A DNA stretch of 63,848 nucleotides, filler included, from an uncultured Methanoregulaceae archaeon (GTDB taxonomy: Archaea > Halobacteriota > Methanomicrobia > Methanomicrobiales > Methanospirillaceae), in assembly GCA_964530035.1 (NCBI GenBank). It is 5 parts of 5 records of this genome, joined end to end, with 100 filler letters (N's around TTAATTAATTAA, not from the genome) between each part and the next. Parts side by side here need not be neighbours in the genome. Positions count along the whole stretch, not along the records: positions 54,104 to 63,848 come from CAZGXZ010000093.1; 4 more parts are not named here. One strand, 5' to 3'. Shown one piece after another: positions 62,278 through 63,848 of the stretch; the first letter of the stretch is position 1, and each line of letters starts with the position of its first letter. The notes beneath the pieces are model-generated. The model was given only the letters and a program-made list of their open reading frames with translations, did no database searches and was not told the origin of the DNA. A program made the position numbers and the translations under genes.

Positions 62278-62930
62278 TCACCGCCGTCGCGATCACCCTG
62301 TCCATCCCCCTCCTGCTCCTCCTCCCGTTCATGAAGGGTGACGGCCGGAGGACTCTCATGTTCCTTATCTACGGGTATTTCGCCGGGCTTGCGGCCAGCT
62401 TCGTCCTTGAGGCCATCATCGGCTACCTCCCCGGTCCCCGGTATGTCGATATCGGGGCCGGCCCGGTCGTAGAGGGACTCCTGGTTGTGGCCCCGGTCAT
62501 CGTGGCCGGCCTGTTCTGCGATGAGAAGGTACGGGTGAGCCTCCTCGGGTATGCCATGGCATCGGGGTTCGGGTTTTCCATCGTTGAGACCCTCGACCGG
62601 ATCATCTCGCTCCAGCTGACCGGGTTCGAGGCCGCCGCCCTCGCAGCCGCCCGGTCGGCATCGAGCTCCGTCATGCACGGCTCGGCGGCGGCCCTCGTGG
62701 GGTTTGGCCTCCTCCTGCTTGCCGGGATGCCCAAAAAGACCCTGTTCCCCGTGATATTCGGGCTTTTCGCCATATCTGTCACCATCCACTCCTTCTACAA
62801 CCTGTTCATGGGGTACATCCCTGGGGGCCTTGTCCCGGGCCTGCTTCTCCCATGGGCCCTCTTTTTCATCCTCCTGGTGAGCTACCGCGACGGGTTCGGG
62901 GACGGGACGACAGGCGAAGGAGCTGCATGA
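62274..62930 (+). CDS. PrsW-family intramembrane metalloprotease-like protein
   Basis: GPVVEG, G.ASGFGFSIVET, R.....MHG, HSFYN; ATGA-coupled. Confidence 0.8.
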   Translation: MITAVAITLSIPLLLLLPFMKGDGRRTLMFLIYGYFAGLAASFVLEAIIGYLPGPRYVDIGAGPVVEGLLVVAPVIVAGLFCDEKVRVSLLGYAMASGFGFSIVETLDRIISLQLTGFEAAALAAARSASSSVMHGSAAALVGFGLLLLAGMPKKTLFPVIFGLFAISVTIHSFYNLFMGYIPGGLVPGLLLPWALFFILLVSYRDGFGDGTTGEGAA

Positions 62931-62985
62931 CCAGCAGCTCTTTATGCCGCCCGCCCCAAACCAGATCGCATAAATAGGGCTTTTC

Positions 62986-63594
62986 ATGCAGGCTGAACAG
63001 GAGACCGGGCAGGAGGCCGACGAACAGGTCGTCGTCCTGGACCCGGGCTGTGAACAGGCACAAAATCTTGGCAAGGCGATATCCCACCCGGTGGCGGGAG
63101 AGATTGTCAACCTCATGCGGTCCGGTCCGACCTCGCTGTCCGTCCTCTCGGAAAAGCTCAACATCCCCATCAACAACGTGAAGTACCACATCGGCAACCT
63201 CCAGAAGGCCGGCATCATCGAGGTGGCCGGGACGAAATACAGTGAGAAGGGCCGGGTCATCCGCCTCTACCAGCTCCGCGATCAGGTCTTTGTCGTCTCT
63301 CCGAAGAAGGTCGACCTCCGGACCTTTTTCACCCGGTATGCCGCCCTCCTCGGCCTAATCCTCTGTGCCGGCGGGTCCGCGTACCTCCTCGCACCGCTCC
63401 TGTCAGGGGGTACTGCAGGAGGGGAAGGACTCGAAGGATCGGTCGTATCAACGGGTGGCGTCCCCCCGCCGCTGTCGGTCTTCTCCATCCTCGCCATCAT
63501 CCTTGTCGTCTTCGGGGCCGGGCTTGCCGGCTACTGGCTTTTCCAGTCATCCCGCAGGGGTGCCGTGGACGTGGAGAAGAAACCCGGCGTGTGA
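62986..63594 (+). CDS. ArsR-like winged-HTH regulator with two C-terminal TM helices
   Basis: KAISHP.A.EI...LSEKLNIPINNVKYHI.NL.KAGIIEV..TKYSEKGR.I.LY followed by two hydrophobic helices. Confidence 0.9.
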   Translation: MQAEQETGQEADEQVVVLDPGCEQAQNLGKAISHPVAGEIVNLMRSGPTSLSVLSEKLNIPINNVKYHIGNLQKAGIIEVAGTKYSEKGRVIRLYQLRDQVFVVSPKKVDLRTFFTRYAALLGLILCAGGSAYLLAPLLSGGTAGGEGLEGSVVSTGGVPPPLSVFSILAIILVVFGAGLAGYWLFQSSRRGAVDVEKKPGV

Positions 63595-63670
63595 TACAGG
63601 AATGGAGAGGTCAGTTTCTTACGTCCGGGTGAAGTTGCGAACAAGCTTGTTATAAAGAGATAATGAAGAA

Positions 63671-63787
63671 ATGATCCCCTATACTTCAGGAATCCGATAC
63701 ACCGCCCTCATGATGAAAAATGAAGATGGAAGTTTTACTGTCATCGTTCCATCTCTTCCTGCATGCAATACCCAGGACAGGCTGTAG
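63671..63787 (+). pseudogene. Truncated HicB antitoxin-like remnant
   Basis: MIPYTSGIRYTALMMKNEDGSFTVIVPSLPACNTQDRL*: HicB N-terminal E/DG.F.V.VPSLP.C.TQ motif, stops where G-x-T would follow. Confidence 0.65.
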
Positions 63788-63848
63788 GCGATTCCTGTAT
63801 CAGGGTTGTTTAGGGCACGATTTTGGTACTTTTGAGTCTTTAGCGATT

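Noticed and set aside
61617..63260. 547-aa minus-strand ORF and other long antisense ORFs (e.g. 27419..28519, 36305..37300, 57574..58488)
   Set aside because: These are shadow frames of GC-rich real genes on the opposite strand, with no motifs.

Overview
Draft-genome sequence from a methanogenic archaeon, most consistent with Methanomicrobiales (Methanoregulaceae/Methanolinea-like), judged from cofC/cofG, ycaO-tfuA, archaeal PolB, COG1361/RND genes and REC-PAS kinases. The window is five contigs joined by artificial 100-nt N-TTAATTAATTAA-N linkers (13800, 27271, 40716, 54004), apparently sorted by length, so adjacency across linkers is meaningless. Most content is housekeeping: smc-scpA, glyA-folD-folP, cofC/cofG, purC, polB, mdh, pyrD-pyrK, cbiA-like, ogg, ppk2 and ycaO-tfuA, plus signalling and envelope genes. 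No rRNA, tRNA, CRISPR array or intact transposase was recognised. The best leads are: (1) a membrane sensor + PrsW-like protease + membrane-tethered wHTH gene trio, a candidate archaeal regulated-proteolysis signalling cascade; (2) a modular dispersed GC-hairpin repeat family with a compensatory base change; (3) a CofE paralogue inside a folate operon that may be a FolC2-type folate glutamyl ligase; (4) a His-less sensor kinase coupled to an orphan substrate-binding protein, and separately an ATPase-less PAS sensor. Also found by eye: a MoxR-DUF58-vWA operon split across two contig ends that can be rejoined, and three small or partial genes absent from the ORF track (CxxC-x17-CxxC protein, nudC 3' end, hicB remnant).
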